Source of the DNA: a bacterium
GTDB taxonomy: Bacteria > Sysuimicrobiota > Sysuimicrobiia > Sysuimicrobiales > Kaftiobacteriaceae
DNA: 18,090 bases
NCBI GenBank assembly: GCA_044868695.1
Contig: JBIOWP010000151.1
Coordinates: forward strand, 1 to 18,090
Reading direction: 5' to 3'
This document shows, in pieces, positions 16,538 to 18,090 of the stretch. Positions within the stretch are counted from its first letter, which is position 1. The number at the start of each line of letters is the position of its first letter. The notes beneath the pieces are model-generated. The model worked only from the letters and a program-made list of their open reading frames with translations. It was not told the origin of the DNA and made no database searches. The translations under genes were made by a program, and so were the position numbers.

Positions 16538-17620
16538 CTACCTGAGGACGTCGCCCGGACGGATCACGCCGGTCTGAGAGCGCAGGATTACTCCGCGTTC
16601 GGAAAGGACGTAGAGCGTGTCCACGCCCGTCGTGACCTGGTACTGGAGGGCCACCCGCTGCGTGCCGATCAGGATCGGCACGCGGACCTGCAATCCCGCG
16701 ACGAAGGTGCGGACGGCCGCTCGGTCGGTCTGCATGATGACGACGGCGCCGGCGAGCGTCCCCTTGGATCGCTGGACGCGCATGTCGAGTTCCACGATGG
16801 CGCGCCGCGCATCGTCGTCGAGCGCCCATACGAACAGGACGCCGGTCTTGCGCCCCCGGAAGGAGTCGAGCTTGTGCAGGACTCCGAAGCGATCCTTGAG
16901 CACAAATCCGGGCGCGGCCGTGCCCGCCGCGAGTAAAGGCCGCCGCTCGCCTAGGGGCGGGCGCGCGGTCGGCGACGGGCGGACGGTTGCCTGGGGAGGC
17001 GCCGGGGTCCGGGTCGACGGATAGGTGGCTTCGGCATCCGCATCGATGCCCCACCTCAGGCTCACCTCCAGCGCGAACGGTCCTTCCCCGACCTCAATGG
17101 TCCGCGTGACCGGCTGGTAGCCCTCCCGGCTGACTCTCACGCGATGGGTTCCCAGTGCGACGTTTTCGCGGCTCATCGGGGTCGTGCCCACGTACTGGTC
17201 GTCCAGGTAGACCTGGGCCCCTGGAGGGCTGGACCGGACCACCATCAGCGATCCAGCCTGAATCTGGCCCGAGCCGGGTGCGCCGGACTGAGGCGCGGTC
17301 CCGAGCAGGCGCTGGACTGTAGACCCGAGGGTGCCCAAGACCGGCACGCGCGCGCTGACCGCGGGCACGCTGCCCAGAGCGGTGAGCACGGCGACGCCGG
17401 CCACCGCGCCCGCGACGATCTTCGCCACGCGGCCGAGTGCGGGTGGGACCTTGCGGCTGCGGCTCAGGGAAACAGGTTTGACGTTCGTCGAGAAGAGGGC
17501 GCCCGAACGCGACAAATCAGTACCGCAGGCCTCGCAGTACAGCGCTCCCGGGGCCAGCTGTTTCCCGCAGACCGGGCAGGTTTGCTCGTGTCGAGGTGCC
17601 GGAGTTCGCAGGTCGCGCAT
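16538..17620 (-). CDS. Membrane-anchored protein: zinc ribbon + TM + PEGA domain + Cys-less thioredoxin/redoxin-like domain
   Basis: CPVC-x10-CEAC, a hydrophobic helix, PEGA (VRSSPPGAQVYLDDQYVGTTP...GTHRVRVSREGY), a P/T linker and APGFVLKDRFGVLHKLDSFRGRK (TlpA/AhpC-like start). GGAGGAGG SD at about 17632-17639 on the minus strand. Confidence 0.8.
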   Translation of the reverse strand: MRDLRTPAPRHEQTCPVCGKQLAPGALYCEACGTDLSRSGALFSTNVKPVSLSRSRKVPPALGRVAKIVAGAVAGVAVLTALGSVPAVSARVPVLGTLGSTVQRLLGTAPQSGAPGSGQIQAGSLMVVRSSPPGAQVYLDDQYVGTTPMSRENVALGTHRVRVSREGYQPVTRTIEVGEGPFALEVSLRWGIDADAEATYPSTRTPAPPQATVRPSPTARPPLGERRPLLAAGTAAPGFVLKDRFGVLHKLDSFRGRKTGVLFVWALDDDARRAIVELDMRVQRSKGTLAGAVVIMQTDRAAVRTFVAGLQVRVPILIGTQRVALQYQVTTGVDTLYVLSERGVILRSQTGVIRPGDVLR

Positions 17621-17692
17621 CCGTTCCCAGTCCTCCTCCCTCTACCCATTCCCAAAACTTCTCTCATTTTGACCTGAGGGGTCTACTGGGCC

Positions 17693-17720
17693 GGAACTTT
17701 TCGACGTTGCCGCCGTCTAA
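17693..17720 (+). promoter_or_regulatory. ECF/sigmaE-type promoter upstream of the sigma factor gene
   Basis: GGAACTT (17693-17699), 16-nt spacer, TCTAA (17716-17720), matching the RpoE consensus GAACTT-N16-TCTRA. It lies 50 nt upstream of the GTG. Confidence 0.7.
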
Positions 17721-17770
17721 GGAGACAGAGCCGGGGAACGCAACGACCGGGGGACAGGGGGCTCTCTCGA

Positions 17771-18090
17771 GTGACCGAAGAGGCAGAGCTCGTCTTACGC
17801 AGCGTCCGGGGCGACGTCGATGCGTACGACCGCCTGGTTGCGCTGTACCAGGATCGCATCTACCAGGTGGCGTACCGCGTCACGAGTAATCACGAGGACG
17901 CCTGGGACGCGGCCCAGGACACCTTTTTGAACGCCTTCCGCTCGCTCCCGCGTTTTCGGGGCGCATCGGCCTTCTCCACGTGGCTGCACCGGATCGCACT
18001 AAACGCGTCGCTCGATCTCATCCGACGCCGCCCTCCGCAGCCCGCCGTTCCGTTGGAGGCTGTCACCGTGGCAGGGGGAGATGAACCTGC
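17771..18090 (+). CDS. ECF sigma-70 family RNA polymerase sigma factor (5' part, truncated by the window edge)
   Basis: Manual translation from GTG 17771: MTEEAELVLRSVRGDVDAYDRLVALYQDRIYQVAYRVTSNHEDAWDAAQDTFLNAFRSLPRFRGASAFSTWLHRIALNASLDLIRRR, a typical sigma region 2. Absent from the ORF track because no stop falls in the window. Confidence 0.92.
   Translation, partial: MTEEAELVLRSVRGDVDAYDRLVALYQDRIYQVAYRVTSNHEDAWDAAQDTFLNAFRSLPRFRGASAFSTWLHRIALNASLDLIRRRPPQPAVPLEAVTVAGGDEP

Noticed and set aside
16538..16940. Selenocysteine-containing redoxin
   Set aside because: No in-frame TGA in the thioredoxin-like region; the frame reads through to a TAG.
17655..17685. Second sigmaE-like promoter (AAACTT...GTCTA)
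   Set aside because: Spacing of about 20 nt is too long for this promoter class.
17795..17989. 64-aa minus-strand ORF
   Set aside because: Antisense to the clearly recognisable ECF sigma factor.

Overview
GC-rich bacterial chromosomal segment, densely coding, with no RNA genes, CRISPR array or transposase that I can support. Left part: a 15-bp tandem repeat running off the window edge, a DmpA-family (S58/P1) aminopeptidase, a PAS + HD-GYP protein, a secreted M23 peptidase and a DUF3105 membrane protein. Centre (3843-16527): a putative catabolic region with fdrA-ylbE (AllF/AllG-like acyl-ureide transcarbamylase subunits, but no ylbF/allH or carbamate kinase), a family-5 ABC transporter lacking ATPases, a HAD hydrolase, and a coupled unit of cyclase-family amidohydrolase, class III CoA-transferase, fused AccD-AccA carboxyltransferase and an NCS2 permease with uracil-clade residues. 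Together these suggest (inference) an undescribed pyrimidine/ureide-to-malonyl-CoA route. Right end: a zinc-ribbon/TM/PEGA/Cys-less thioredoxin-like protein divergent from a truncated ECF sigma factor (not in the ORF track) preceded by a consensus sigmaE-type promoter. All family calls come from motif recognition by eye, not from database searches.
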